Below, piece by piece: positions 27,029-35,652 of a DNA stretch of 64,000 bases. How positions within the stretch are numbered: position 1 is the first letter of the stretch; each line of letters opens with the position of its first letter. The position numbers and the translations under genes were made by a program. The notes beneath the pieces were generated by a model. It did not search any database, had not been told where the DNA came from, and saw only the letters and a program-made list of their open reading frames with translations. Origin of the DNA: an uncultured Solirubrobacterales bacterium (GTDB lineage Bacteria; Actinomycetota; Thermoleophilia; Solirubrobacterales; Solirubrobacteraceae); assembly GCA_963757275.1 (NCBI GenBank), contig CAVWQW010000005.1, positions 1,111,689 to 1,175,688 on the forward strand. The letters are read 5' to 3'.

Positions 27029-28324
27029 TCAGGCGGCGACCGCGAGACGTGACGGCAGCGGCAGCACGGGAATCCTCGCGCACGCCGGACACCGTCCAAA
27101 AGCAGCGTGATCGGCAAACTCGGCCGCGAACACGCGCAGCGCGCTCGTCACGAACCGCGCCGCTCCGTCCGGGTGGGCGCACGCCCCCCGGCGGGTGACG
27201 AGCCGGCTCCACCGGGCGAGGTGCCCCATCGCGTCGGGCTCGGCCCGCCCGTCGGCGATCGACCGCAGCGCTCCGGCGATCGCCGCCAGGCCGTGGACGC
27301 ACGGACCGCACTGGCCGGCGCTCTCCCGCTCCAGCCAACCCGCGACGAGGACGGTCTCGGTGACCGGGCAGGCCGACTCGGGGAGCACGACGACCACGCC
27401 TGGGCCGAGCATCCCCCCGGCTTGCCGCAGCGACCGCTCGCAGATCGCGAGTCCAGACGCCTGCGACGAGTCGACCCAGCCGCCGCCGTATCCGCCGAAG
27501 AGGAACGCCCGCGGCCGACCGACGGTCCCGCCGGCCGCGGCCAGCAGGGAGTCCAGGCTCGCGCCGAGCTCGATCTCGAAGACCCCGGGGTCGACGACGC
27601 CGCCGCCGACGCTCACCAGAGCCGAGCCCGGCTCCTGATCGGTCCCGATCTCGCGGAACCATTCGCCTCCGTAGCGCGCGATCAGCCCGACCTGGGCGGC
27701 CGTCTCGGCGTTCGTGACCAGGGTCGGCCGGCGGGCGACCCCCCGTTCGAAGACCATCGGCGGCGTCGTGATCGGCAGCGCCCGGCCGCCGTTTATGAAG
27801 TTGACGACGGCCGTCTCCTGGCCGCTGACGTAGCCCGCCGGGATCCCCACGACCTCCGAGCTCGGCGAGCTCGACCCGCGGCGTCCGGCAGCCGGCCGCT
27901 CGCCGACCGCCGTCTCGAGCGCCCATCTCGCCGCCGCATTGTCCGCGTCGACCGCGTAGAAGATCCGCTCGGCGTCGAGCGCCCGCGCGCAGGCCGTCGC
28001 ACCGTCGATTACCAGGTGCGGGACTCGTTCCAGCAGGACGCGGTCCTTCTGGCTCGCCGGCTCGCCCTCGCATCCGTTGACGACGACGATCGGACGCCCG
28101 CGCCCGGCCGCGACCGACGCGAGCTTCGTCGCGAGCGGGAAGCCCGCGCCCCCGCGACCCCGCAGGCCACTGAGCCGGATCTCGTCGACAAGCGAGCCGG
28201 CCGCCGGCGGTCGACCAGAACGCCGAGCCCGGTCGACCGGGAGGTCGCCGTGGACGGCCTCGTGCGAGGCGAGCGACATCGCCCCGGGTCCGCCGAGTCC
28301 GGCGAGCAGCCGCGGCAGGCTCAT
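27029..28324 (-). CDS. NuoF-like NADH-binding FMN/4Fe-4S protein
   Basis: GLRGRGGAGFPLATKL, VVNGCEGEPASQKDRVLLERVPHLVIDG and ESAGQCGPCVHG mirror the NuoF / complex I 51-kDa motifs. The ATG overlaps the upstream stop (ATGA). Confidence 0.8.
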   Translation of the reverse strand: MSLPRLLAGLGGPGAMSLASHEAVHGDLPVDRARRSGRPPAAGSLVDEIRLSGLRGRGGAGFPLATKLASVAAGRGRPIVVVNGCEGEPASQKDRVLLERVPHLVIDGATACARALDAERIFYAVDADNAAARWALETAVGERPAAGRRGSSSPSSEVVGIPAGYVSGQETAVVNFINGGRALPITTPPMVFERGVARRPTLVTNAETAAQVGLIARYGGEWFREIGTDQEPGSALVSVGGGVVDPGVFEIELGASLDSLLAAAGGTVGRPRAFLFGGYGGGWVDSSQASGLAICERSLRQAGGMLGPGVVVVLPESACPVTETVLVAGWLERESAGQCGPCVHGLAAIAGALRSIADGRAEPDAMGHLARWSRLVTRRGACAHPDGAARFVTSALRVFAAEFADHAAFGRCPACARIPVLPLPSRLAVAA

Positions 28325-29064
28325 GCCGACGCCGCCGGACCCTGCGCGACCGTCTGTGCGGTCGGCCTGAGCTGGGCGGACGCCGTCTGCCGGCTGAGCA
28401 GCGAAGCCGGCGTTCCGGCCCGCCGCGCCCAATGCGATCCGAGTGGACCGCCCGGGAGCCAGAGCGCCAGGGCTCCGGCGAAGGCGACGGCGACGGCGAT
28501 CGCCCCCAGCCTGACACGCCGCGCCTGCGGCCAGCCGATCGCCGCCCGCGCGAGCACCGCCGCGAGCACGACGAGGACGCAGGCGGCGTTGGTCCACTCG
28601 AGCCACGCCTGCGTCACATCGCTCCCCGTCCCGTAGCCGTGGATCACGGCGATCGGCCACGACGCGTATGCCAACCAGTGGGTCGCCCGCCAAGCCCGGT
28701 GACCGAGCCGCCGGCGCAGCAGGCTGGTCACGACGATCGCGAGCAGGAGGTCGGACGCGAGCGCGCCGAGACCGAGCCAGATCGGTCGGTAGGAGCCGGT
28801 GAACGGTACGAACGCGTTGACCAGGGAGATCGGCGCGAAGCTGTCGAGGACGGCGGTCACGATGTGGACGCCGAGGAAGACGACCGCCAGCAGCGCGCCC
28901 GTCCGGTGGATCCCGTCGACCACGAACCGCGGCCAGGTCGGCCCGCCGACGCGGGCGACGTCGAGCACGCCGATCACCACCGTGACCGTCAGCAGGACGA
29001 GCGCGACGACACCGGTCGACCGCGTCAGGTACCAGTACGCACTCGGTCCGACGGTCCCGCTCAC
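28321..29064 (-). CDS. ferric reductase-like (YedZ/MsrQ-type) transmembrane heme-b domain protein
   Basis: YWYLTRSTGVVALVLLT ... IHRTGALLAVVFLGVHIV ... THWLAYASWPIAVIHG: a multi-pass protein with conserved His in the TM helices. The GTG overlaps the apbE stop (GTGA). Confidence 0.75.
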   Translation of the reverse strand: MSGTVGPSAYWYLTRSTGVVALVLLTVTVVIGVLDVARVGGPTWPRFVVDGIHRTGALLAVVFLGVHIVTAVLDSFAPISLVNAFVPFTGSYRPIWLGLGALASDLLLAIVVTSLLRRRLGHRAWRATHWLAYASWPIAVIHGYGTGSDVTQAWLEWTNAACVLVVLAAVLARAAIGWPQARRVRLGAIAVAVAFAGALALWLPGGPLGSHWARRAGTPASLLSRQTASAQLRPTAQTVAQGPAASA

Positions 29065-30104
29065 AGGTCGCTCGCCTCGCCCGGCGGCCGCCCGCCACCC
29101 CGTGCGGTTCGCGTCGGGGCGTCCGCGCCCGGCCATGCCCCGACCGTCTCGACGCCACCGTCGTGCCGGACCAGACGAGCCGGAAGGCTGCGCTCGGCGA
29201 GCCAGGCGGCAGCGCCCGACCCGATCACGATCGCCGCGGTGGACGCGATGTTCGCGTCGAGGCACGTCCCCGCCGCGACGCTCGCCGTCCGCCACGCCCG
29301 GTCGACCGGCCGCCCGTCGCGGGGGTCGAGGATGTGGTGCATCGTCCGGCCGGCATGGTTCCACCGGCGCACCGTGGTGCTCGACGTCGCAAGTCCGCCC
29401 GACGAGATAGCGATCGTCTGGCCCGCGCCCGCGCCCGGGTCGGGAGGCGGAGACCGGTGGTCGTCGGTGACGTGCACCAGCCAGCCGGCGTCGGGTCCAC
29501 GGCCGGCTGTCGCGATGTCGCCGCCGAGGCTCACCAGCACGCCGACTCCGGCTGCTCGAGCCGCGGCGTGGGCCGCCCGGTCGGCGGCGAGCGCCTTCGC
29601 CGTCGCGCCGAGGTCGACGCGGATCCCGCCCGCCAGACGGGCCGCCGGCGGGTCGTGCTCCAGCTCGATCAGCTCCCACGAGCGGGCTGGCCGGACAGTG
29701 AGCAGCAGGGGCCGGGGTGCCTGACGACCGGCGGGCGGGTCGGCCGGCGGGTCGAGCTGGCGCCAGTCCCTGTCGTACCCGGCGAGCACGAGGGCGTCGC
29801 CGAGCGTCGGATCGACGGCGCCGTCGGTCAGCTCGGCCGCCCGGATTGCGGCGGCCAGTGCGTCGAGGAGGAGCGGGCTGACGAGGAGACGTCGCCCGCC
29901 GGCGGCGTTCAGCCGCTCGAGCTCGGAGTCCGGTGAGAAGCGGCTTGCCGCGCGGTCGATCGCCCGTAGCTCGGCCTCGACGATCCGCACCACGGCCTCG
30001 AGCGCGTCGGCCTGCGTGGCCCGGACGACGACGCTCGTCCCGAGCGCCTCCCAGCAGGCGGTAAGCGCGTCGCGCGGACGAGGGTCGGCGACTGCGGTCG
30101 CCAT
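29061..30104 (-). CDS. apbE: FAD:protein FMN transferase (ApbE family)
   Basis: RFSPDSELERLN, VDLGATAKALAADR, ISSGGLATSST ... HHILDPRDGRP: ApbE family motifs. Confidence 0.85.
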   Translation of the reverse strand: MATAVADPRPRDALTACWEALGTSVVVRATQADALEAVVRIVEAELRAIDRAASRFSPDSELERLNAAGGRRLLVSPLLLDALAAAIRAAELTDGAVDPTLGDALVLAGYDRDWRQLDPPADPPAGRQAPRPLLLTVRPARSWELIELEHDPPAARLAGGIRVDLGATAKALAADRAAHAAARAAGVGVLVSLGGDIATAGRGPDAGWLVHVTDDHRSPPPDPGAGAGQTIAISSGGLATSSTTVRRWNHAGRTMHHILDPRDGRPVDRAWRTASVAAGTCLDANIASTAAIVIGSGAAAWLAERSLPARLVRHDGGVETVGAWPGADAPTRTARGGGRPPGEASDL

Positions 30105-30670
30105 CAGGACCCGCCGGAGACGACCGGGGCCGGCGCTGCGGCGACCGACGCGCCCGGCGACCCGACCGACGAGCCCGACGACCCGCTCGACGAGCCCGAC
30201 GACCCGCCTGAGGAGCCCGAGGACCCGCTCGACGAGCCCGAGGACCCGCTCGACGAGCCCGAGGACCCGCTCGACGCGCCCGAGGACCCGCTTGAGGAGC
30301 CCGAGGACCCGGAGGACCCGGAGGACCCGGAGGATCCGGCGGACGTGGCCGGGAGGTCGGTCGATGCGGGGGAGACGGGGGGGCTGGCGGGCGCGGTGAG
30401 CGCGGCGACGGCCGCACGTCTCCGGTGACGGCGGTGCTTGGCCTTCGTCACGGACGCCGTGCTCCCGGTCGCGGTCGTGGTCGGGGTCGCGGTGGTGGCT
30501 GTGGCGGCGACGGTCTTGATCGTCCGGCCGGGAAAGGCGTTGGCGGCGACGTCGGTGATGACGGCGCCGCTGAGGACGGCGAGCCCGATCAGGCTGCGGT
30601 TGACGGCGCGGAGGCGGCGGACGGCGGCATCGCGGCGGGCCGGCGTATGGGTGGTGTGTGGATCGGTCAT
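30104..30670 (-). CDS. membrane-anchored or secreted Ser/Gly-repeat protein
   Basis: First gene of the apbE operon; its stop overlaps the apbE ATG by 1 nt. Arg-rich N-terminus plus hydrophobic helix (RSLIGLAVLSGAVITDVAANA), a Thr-rich linker, then about 70 aa of (SGS/SSG)n. Low complexity makes the call uncertain. Confidence 0.45.
   Translation of the reverse strand: MTDPHTTHTPARRDAAVRRLRAVNRSLIGLAVLSGAVITDVAANAFPGRTIKTVAATATTATPTTTATGSTASVTKAKHRRHRRRAAVAALTAPASPPVSPASTDLPATSAGSSGSSGSSGSSGSSSGSSGASSGSSGSSSGSSGSSSGSSGSSGGSSGSSSGSSGSSVGSPGASVAAAPAPVVSGGS
30159..30341. repeat. 21-nt (7 copies) plus 9-nt (4 copies) in-frame minisatellite encoding (SGS/SSG)n
   Basis: Units of GACCCGCTCGACGAGCCCGAG at 30159-30305, then GACCCGGAG x3 and GATCCGGCG at 30306-30341. 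Confidence 0.9.
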
Positions 30671-30776
30671 CGTCGTGGGACGAGTGTCTCTGCGTCGGGT
30701 AAAGACGCGGTCACCGGAAGATGAGAACTCTCCGAGAGATGCGCGCGGGCGGGCGGGGGGGACCTATGATCGGCTG

Positions 30777-31454
30777 GTGCCGCAGATCGTCCTGATCGAG
30801 GACGAGCCGGGGATCGTCGACTTCGTCGAACGCGGCCTTCGGGCCGGCGGCCTGGAGGTCGCGTCGGCGCTCGACGGGGACAAGGGCCTGGGGCTGGCCC
30901 TGGAGGACGGAGTCGAGCTCGTCGTGCTCGACCTGATGCTGCCGAAGCGGAGCGGACTGGAGATACTCGAGGTGCTGCGGCGGCGGCGGCCTGGCCTGCC
31001 GGTGATCGTGTTGACGGCTCGGGGCGAGGTCGAGGATCGGGTGGGCGGGCTGGACGCGGGGGCGGTCGACTATCTGGTCAAGCCGTTCTCGGTGGCCGAG
31101 CTGGCCGCGCGGATCAGGGCGCACCTGCGGGTCGCGCGCCAGAGCGCGTCGACGAGGCTCCGCAACGGCGAGCTCGAGCTGGATCTGCTGAGCCGGGAGG
31201 TTCGCCAGGCCGGCGTGCGTGTGCACCTGTCGAGCACGGAGTTCGAGCTGCTGGCCTACCTGGTCCACAACGCCGGCCAGGTGCTGGGCCGGGAGCAGAT
31301 CCTGCGCGCGGTGTGGGGGTATGACCACGACCCGGGGACGAACGTCGTCGATGTCTACGTCGGGTATCTCCGCCGCAAGCTGACGCGGTCGGGAAGCCGG
31401 GCACCGATCGCGACGATCCGGTCGGTCGGCTACCGGCTGGACGAGGTCGAGTGA
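30777..31454 (+). CDS. OmpR-family response regulator
   Basis: IVLIEDEPGI ... LVVLDLMLPKRSG ... DYLVKPF receiver domain, and a winged-helix C-terminus (TEFELLAYL ... VDVYVGYLRRKL ... IRSVGYRL). GTG start at 30777. Confidence 0.88.
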   Translation: MPQIVLIEDEPGIVDFVERGLRAGGLEVASALDGDKGLGLALEDGVELVVLDLMLPKRSGLEILEVLRRRRPGLPVIVLTARGEVEDRVGGLDAGAVDYLVKPFSVAELAARIRAHLRVARQSASTRLRNGELELDLLSREVRQAGVRVHLSSTEFELLAYLVHNAGQVLGREQILRAVWGYDHDPGTNVVDVYVGYLRRKLTRSGSRAPIATIRSVGYRLDEVE

Positions 31455-31470
31455 GCGACTTCGGGGTCGG

Positions 31471-32940
31471 GTGGTCGGCGTGGTGCGGCTGAGGATTCCG
31501 GGGAGCATTCGGTGGCGGTTCGCCGGATGGGTCGCGGGAGTCGTGATCGGTGTGTCGGCGGTGACCTTCGTCGTCGTCTACCGGGAGACGGGGAGTGAGC
31601 TGCGGCGAGAGATCGACCGGGATGTGACGGGCGATGTGACCGGCCTGTGGCAGACGTTGCGCGGGCTCCCGCGGGGCTCGCGGACGGCGGCGCTGGCGGC
31701 GACGACTCGGTATGTCCAGAGCCAACCGTTCAAGGCGACGTCTTCGCTGATCTTCGTGATCGTCCCGGGAGGCGGGACGGTGAGCAACCATCCGGAGGTC
31801 TTCGGAGGCGGGGCGCCGGACGACGGGGAGGCGGCGAGCGAGCAGGCGGCGGAGAACCGCCTGGGGCGGGAGCTGCTGGTCGAGCACGACGGCTTCTCGA
31901 CGCGGGTCCTGCCGGATGTCGGGGCTATGCGGCTGGCCGAGCGGCCGGTCGAGATCGGCGGGATGCGGGTCGTCGCCGGCGCCGGCGAGCCGCTGGTGAC
32001 GGTGCGGCGGGCCGAGGACGGGATCGCGCGGGCCTTCGTCGTGGCGGGAGCCGTCGCACTCGGGCTGGCGCTGATCGCGTCGTATCTGGCGGGCGCGGTC
32101 TTCTCGCGGCCGCTGCGGCGGATGGCGCGGGTGGCAGCCCGGGTCGAGCACGGTGAGCTCGCCCCGCGCATGACGCTGACCGGGAGGCCGAGCCGGGAGG
32201 TCCGGGTGCTGACCGAGTCGTTCAATCACATGCTCGACCGGCTGTCTGCGGCCTTCGCGGGACAGCGCGAGTTCATCGCGGACGCATCCCACGAACTGCG
32301 CACGCCGCTGACGGTGATCGCCGGCCAGCTGGAGGTTCTCGCGGGCACGGAGGCCCCGAGTCGGGAGGAGATCCGGCGGGTCGAGCGGCTGGTCGGCGGC
32401 GAGGTCGCGCGGACGTCGCGCCTGGTCGACGACCTGCTCGTCCTGGCGCAGTCCGACCGGGGTGACTTCCTCCACACGGAGGAGCTCGACCTGGAGGTCT
32501 TCGTCGGCGAGCTGTGGGAGAGCGTCGGCCACCTGGCCGAGCGTGCCTATGAACTCGGACCGGTCCCGCCGGGCCGGCTGAAGGCCGATCCGGATCGGCT
32601 GGCGCAGGCGGTGCGAAACCTCGTTGGAAACGCGATCGACCACACGGCGGGACCGGCGGGCAGGATCCGTCTGGACGTGGTCGCCCGTGATCAGGGGGTC
32701 GCCTTCGTCGTCGGCGACGACGGGCCGGGCATCCCGGCGGCCGAGCGGGAGCAGGTCTTCGAGCGGTTCTACCGGGTCGACGCGGGTCGGTCCCGGGCGC
32801 ACGGGGGGAGCGGCCTGGGCCTGGCGATCGTCCGGGCGATCGCCGACGCGCACCACGGGTCGGTCAGCGCGGGCGTGAGCGAGCTGCTCGGGGGGGCCGA
32901 GCTGAGGCTCGAGCTGCCGGGGTTGCGGCCGCCGGGCTGA
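31471..32940 (+). CDS. sensor histidine kinase (HAMP + HisKA + HATPase)
   Basis: Two TM segments, H-box ADASHELRTPLT, N-box VRNLVGNAIDH, and G-boxes DDGPGI and GGSGLGLAIV. Confidence 0.88.
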   Translation: MVGVVRLRIPGSIRWRFAGWVAGVVIGVSAVTFVVVYRETGSELRREIDRDVTGDVTGLWQTLRGLPRGSRTAALAATTRYVQSQPFKATSSLIFVIVPGGGTVSNHPEVFGGGAPDDGEAASEQAAENRLGRELLVEHDGFSTRVLPDVGAMRLAERPVEIGGMRVVAGAGEPLVTVRRAEDGIARAFVVAGAVALGLALIASYLAGAVFSRPLRRMARVAARVEHGELAPRMTLTGRPSREVRVLTESFNHMLDRLSAAFAGQREFIADASHELRTPLTVIAGQLEVLAGTEAPSREEIRRVERLVGGEVARTSRLVDDLLVLAQSDRGDFLHTEELDLEVFVGELWESVGHLAERAYELGPVPPGRLKADPDRLAQAVRNLVGNAIDHTAGPAGRIRLDVVARDQGVAFVVGDDGPGIPAAEREQVFERFYRVDAGRSRAHGGSGLGLAIVRAIADAHHGSVSAGVSELLGGAELRLELPGLRPPG

Positions 32941-32942
32941 GC

Positions 32943-32958
32943 GTCCCGCCGGCGGGAC
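32943..32958 (+). terminator. palindrome or hairpin just after the histidine kinase stop
   Basis: GTCCCGCCGGCGGGAC is a perfect 16-nt palindrome with no U-tract. The CHAP gene starts 20 nt later, so it may attenuate rather than terminate. Confidence 0.3.
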
Positions 32959-32977
32959 GGTGTCGGTATGGGTGGCG

Positions 32978-34015
32978 ATGAAGAAGCTGGTCTGGGGTTG
33001 CCTTGGTGGATTCGGAGCGGTCTGTGTCCTCCTGCTGGCGCTCGGCGGGGTCGTCGTCCTCGGCGTGGTTCGGCCGGCGGCGGCAGCCTGCACGGCTAGC
33101 CAGCAGACGACGCTGCCGGTCGGGTCGGGCACGGTGGTGGCCGCGACGGTGTACGACGACCAGGGGGCCGGGGCTTTCGGGCTGGGGCTCGCCGGCCACT
33201 ACGGGTTCGCCGAGCTCGGGCTGCGGTCGGCGGCCGACGCCAACCCGGCCGACGCGAACGCGATCGGGACGGCCCTGGGGCTCGGGCGGGCGCTGGCGCC
33301 GTTGACCGCGCTGCGAATCGCCGGGCCGGACGGGCGGAGCGTGATCGCCGAGAAGCGGGACATCGGAGCCGGCGGACCGCCGATCGACGGGCATCCGCGG
33401 GCGATCGACCTGTGGACGACGACGCGAGAGGCGCTCGGGCTCGGGCCGAACTGGTCGGGCCTGGTGAGGGTCGGTCCGGGGCGGGATGGGGTCGTGACGG
33501 CGCAGGCGAGTGTCGACGCGAACGGGCCGCCGGTCGCGGGCGGCGGGGAATGCTCGGGCGGCGGGGTCGAGGCGGGCGCGGCGGCCGGTTCGATCGTCTC
33601 GATCGCCGAGAGCCAGGTCGGAGTGCAGGCGCGGGGGACGTGCCAGCCGTACGGGCCGTGCGAGGAGTGGTGCTCGCTGTTTGCGACATGGGTCTGGCAG
33701 CGGGCCGGCGTCCGGGTCCCGTCGATTGGCTTCTCGGGCGCCTTCTATGAGTGGGCGGCCGGCCATACGGGGGTCTATCCGGCGGATGCCCCGCCGCAGC
33801 CGGGGTGGGCGGTGTTCTTCGGGAGCGGGCCTCAGACCGCGAGCTCGTCGGTCCACGTGGCGATCGTCGAGAGCGTCCTCCCGGACGGGGAGATCACGAT
33901 CATCAACGGGAACTTCGCGGGACGGGTGATGCGGACGGGTCCGTGTGCGCCGGCGGCGGCCCAAGCCGGGTGCGGGGCGCCGGGGCCGATCTACGGATAT
34001 GCGACGCCGGCGTGA
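32978..34015 (+). CDS. secreted cell-wall hydrolase, with a C-terminal CHAP-like domain and an N-terminal RlpA/3D-like domain
   Basis: Signal/TM segment. GRSVIAEKRDIGAGG..IDL resembles a double-psi beta-barrel. The C-terminus has CEEWCSLFATWVWQRAG ... HVAIVESV ... INGNF (Cys-His-Asn arrangement of CHAP/NlpC-like amidases). Confidence 0.7.
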   Translation: MKKLVWGCLGGFGAVCVLLLALGGVVVLGVVRPAAAACTASQQTTLPVGSGTVVAATVYDDQGAGAFGLGLAGHYGFAELGLRSAADANPADANAIGTALGLGRALAPLTALRIAGPDGRSVIAEKRDIGAGGPPIDGHPRAIDLWTTTREALGLGPNWSGLVRVGPGRDGVVTAQASVDANGPPVAGGGECSGGGVEAGAAAGSIVSIAESQVGVQARGTCQPYGPCEEWCSLFATWVWQRAGVRVPSIGFSGAFYEWAAGHTGVYPADAPPQPGWAVFFGSGPQTASSSVHVAIVESVLPDGEITIINGNFAGRVMRTGPCAPAAAQAGCGAPGPIYGYATPA

Positions 34016-34473
34016 GCCGGGCCCAGGTCCTTGGGGTCGTGGTGGTGGCCGGCGCGGGACTCCTGCTCGGGGCGGGGTCGGCGGTGAGGCCGGCCGCGGT
34101 CAGTCGGCCGCCGGTCGGCCCGACGCTCCGGGTCGATGCGCCCCCGACCCGCGGGGTGGAAGCCCGGCCGGGGGTCGGGCCGGGCGGTGGGATGACGACG
34201 AGAGCCGTGCAGGCAGACCCCGAGCGGCTGGACCCGGCGCTGGCGCGGGAGCACCGGCGTCTGCTCGGCGAGCGTCCGGTCCTTCAGTATCTGCCGTACC
34301 GGGACCGGAGGATCGGCGTCAACCTCGACCGGGTGCTCGGCGGCGGGAGAATCGAGCTGCTCGTGACCTATCTCGGGAGCCGAGCCCGGGCTGTCGGTGA
34401 CCTGCGCCGGCTCCTGGGTCGATATGGGGATCCGGGGACGGCTTACGTCGAGCGCTACCAGCGGGTCTTCTGA
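34012..34473 (+). CDS. hypothetical membrane-anchored protein
   Basis: The GTG overlaps the upstream stop (GTGA at 34012-34015). One N-terminal hydrophobic helix. No known motif. Confidence 0.5.
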   Translation: MSRAQVLGVVVVAGAGLLLGAGSAVRPAAVSRPPVGPTLRVDAPPTRGVEARPGVGPGGGMTTRAVQADPERLDPALAREHRRLLGERPVLQYLPYRDRRIGVNLDRVLGGGRIELLVTYLGSRARAVGDLRRLLGRYGDPGTAYVERYQRVF

Positions 34474-34527
34474 GACGCTGTCAGCGGGTCTTCGCAGGCG
34501 CTGTCAGCGGGTCTTCTGAGCAGGAGT
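34459..34527. repeat. 23-nt tandem repeat (3 copies) containing the stop of the 34012-34473 gene
   Basis: CAGCGGGTCTTCTGAGACGCTGT, CAGCGGGTCTTCGCAGGCGCTGT, CAGCGGGTCTTCTGAGCAGGAGT. Confidence 0.9.
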
Positions 34528-34578
34528 GGGAGGCTGTGCGGCGGCAATGACGTGACGACGACCGTGGGAGGACGCAAG

Positions 34579-35061
34579 ATGCCGAACATCTTCGAGCCGG
34601 ACTTCGACCCGCCGCGCGAGCATCCGGGGTTCGAGAGTCGACGGGCGTGGGTCGGGCGGCAGGCGGGGGCCGAGCGGCTGGCCGCGAGCCTGTGGGAGCT
34701 GCCACCGGGCCAGGCGAACGCGCCGTACCACTTCCACTTCGTCCACGAGGAGCTGTTGTTCGTGCTCGCCGGCCGGCCGTCGCTGCGGACGGCGGACGGC
34801 TGGCGCGACCTCGTGCCGGGCGAGGTCGTGGCGTTCGCGGCCGGCGAAGGGGGAGCCCACCAGCTGGTCAACCGGACGGCGGAGGCCGTCCGTGTGCTGA
34901 TCGTCAGCCCGGGCGGGGTGCCGGAGATCTGTGTGTACCCCGATAGCGACAAGGTCGGCGTCTACGAAGGCCGGGCTCAGGGCGGAGGCCTCGCGGCGCT
35001 GTTCCGCCGCTCGGAGCGGGTTGACCTCTTCGACGGCGAGCCGCCGCCGACGGTCGCCTGA
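34579..35061 (+). CDS. cupin domain protein
   Basis: GGGAGGA Shine-Dalgarno before the ATG at 34579. PYHFHFVHEELLFVLAG ... GEVVAFAAGEGGAHQLVN cupin motifs. Confidence 0.7.
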   Translation: MPNIFEPDFDPPREHPGFESRRAWVGRQAGAERLAASLWELPPGQANAPYHFHFVHEELLFVLAGRPSLRTADGWRDLVPGEVVAFAAGEGGAHQLVNRTAEAVRVLIVSPGGVPEICVYPDSDKVGVYEGRAQGGGLAALFRRSERVDLFDGEPPPTVA

Positions 35062-35072
35062 CGCGGCGTCAG
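35058..35072. terminator. palindrome containing both stop codons of a convergent pair
   Basis: CTGACGC-G-GCGTCAG. The TGA of the + gene (35059-35061) and the stop of the minus gene (35069-35071) are the two mirrored arms. Confidence 0.3.
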
Positions 35073-35506
35073 CGCTCGGCTTCGGCCGGCGGCCCGTCGG
35101 GGGCGTCCCCGCCAGGTTGTGGCGGCCCGGGCTCTGGACGGGGGTCGAACCACTCGCTGTGGGCGACGACGATCTGGGTCAGGTGGGTCGCGCCGAACAG
35201 GGCGCAGTCGACCCCGTGCTCGGGGTTGGCCTTGACCCACCGCTCCTCGGACTCGAAGGCCTGCTTGGCCGGGTCCTCGTGATCGAAGACGCGAATGCTG
35301 CGGACGCCGCGAGCGGTCCGCGTCACCAGGAACCACCGGGGCTCGACGCCCGGCCGGCTCGAGGGGCTGAGGTGGTTGCGGAGCTCCGCGAGCATGCCGG
35401 CGAGCTGGCCGTCGATCTCCTCGACCTCCCAGCCCTTCGCGATCAGGCCGGCCGCCTCCCATTCGCGGAGCTCGGCGAGCACCTGGGGGAGGTGCGGATC
35501 GCTCAT
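35069..35506 (-). CDS. hypothetical protein
   Basis: ATG at 35504-35506 (MSDPHLPQVLAEL...). Globular composition. No motif recognised. Confidence 0.5.
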   Translation of the reverse strand: MSDPHLPQVLAELREWEAAGLIAKGWEVEEIDGQLAGMLAELRNHLSPSSRPGVEPRWFLVTRTARGVRSIRVFDHEDPAKQAFESEERWVKANPEHGVDCALFGATHLTQIVVAHSEWFDPRPEPGPPQPGGDAPDGPPAEAER

Positions 35507-35652
35507 CCCCGGGTCTCCGGCAGCTCGTCGGGCAGGCCGCCGCAGCACGCCGGGGTCACACCGAGTCCCGGGAGCGGGACTCACCGGGGGCTTGGGCTGG
35601 AGGGGCCCCGGGGCGATCTTCGAGACTGACCGTCGGTGGCGCGATCGGAGGG

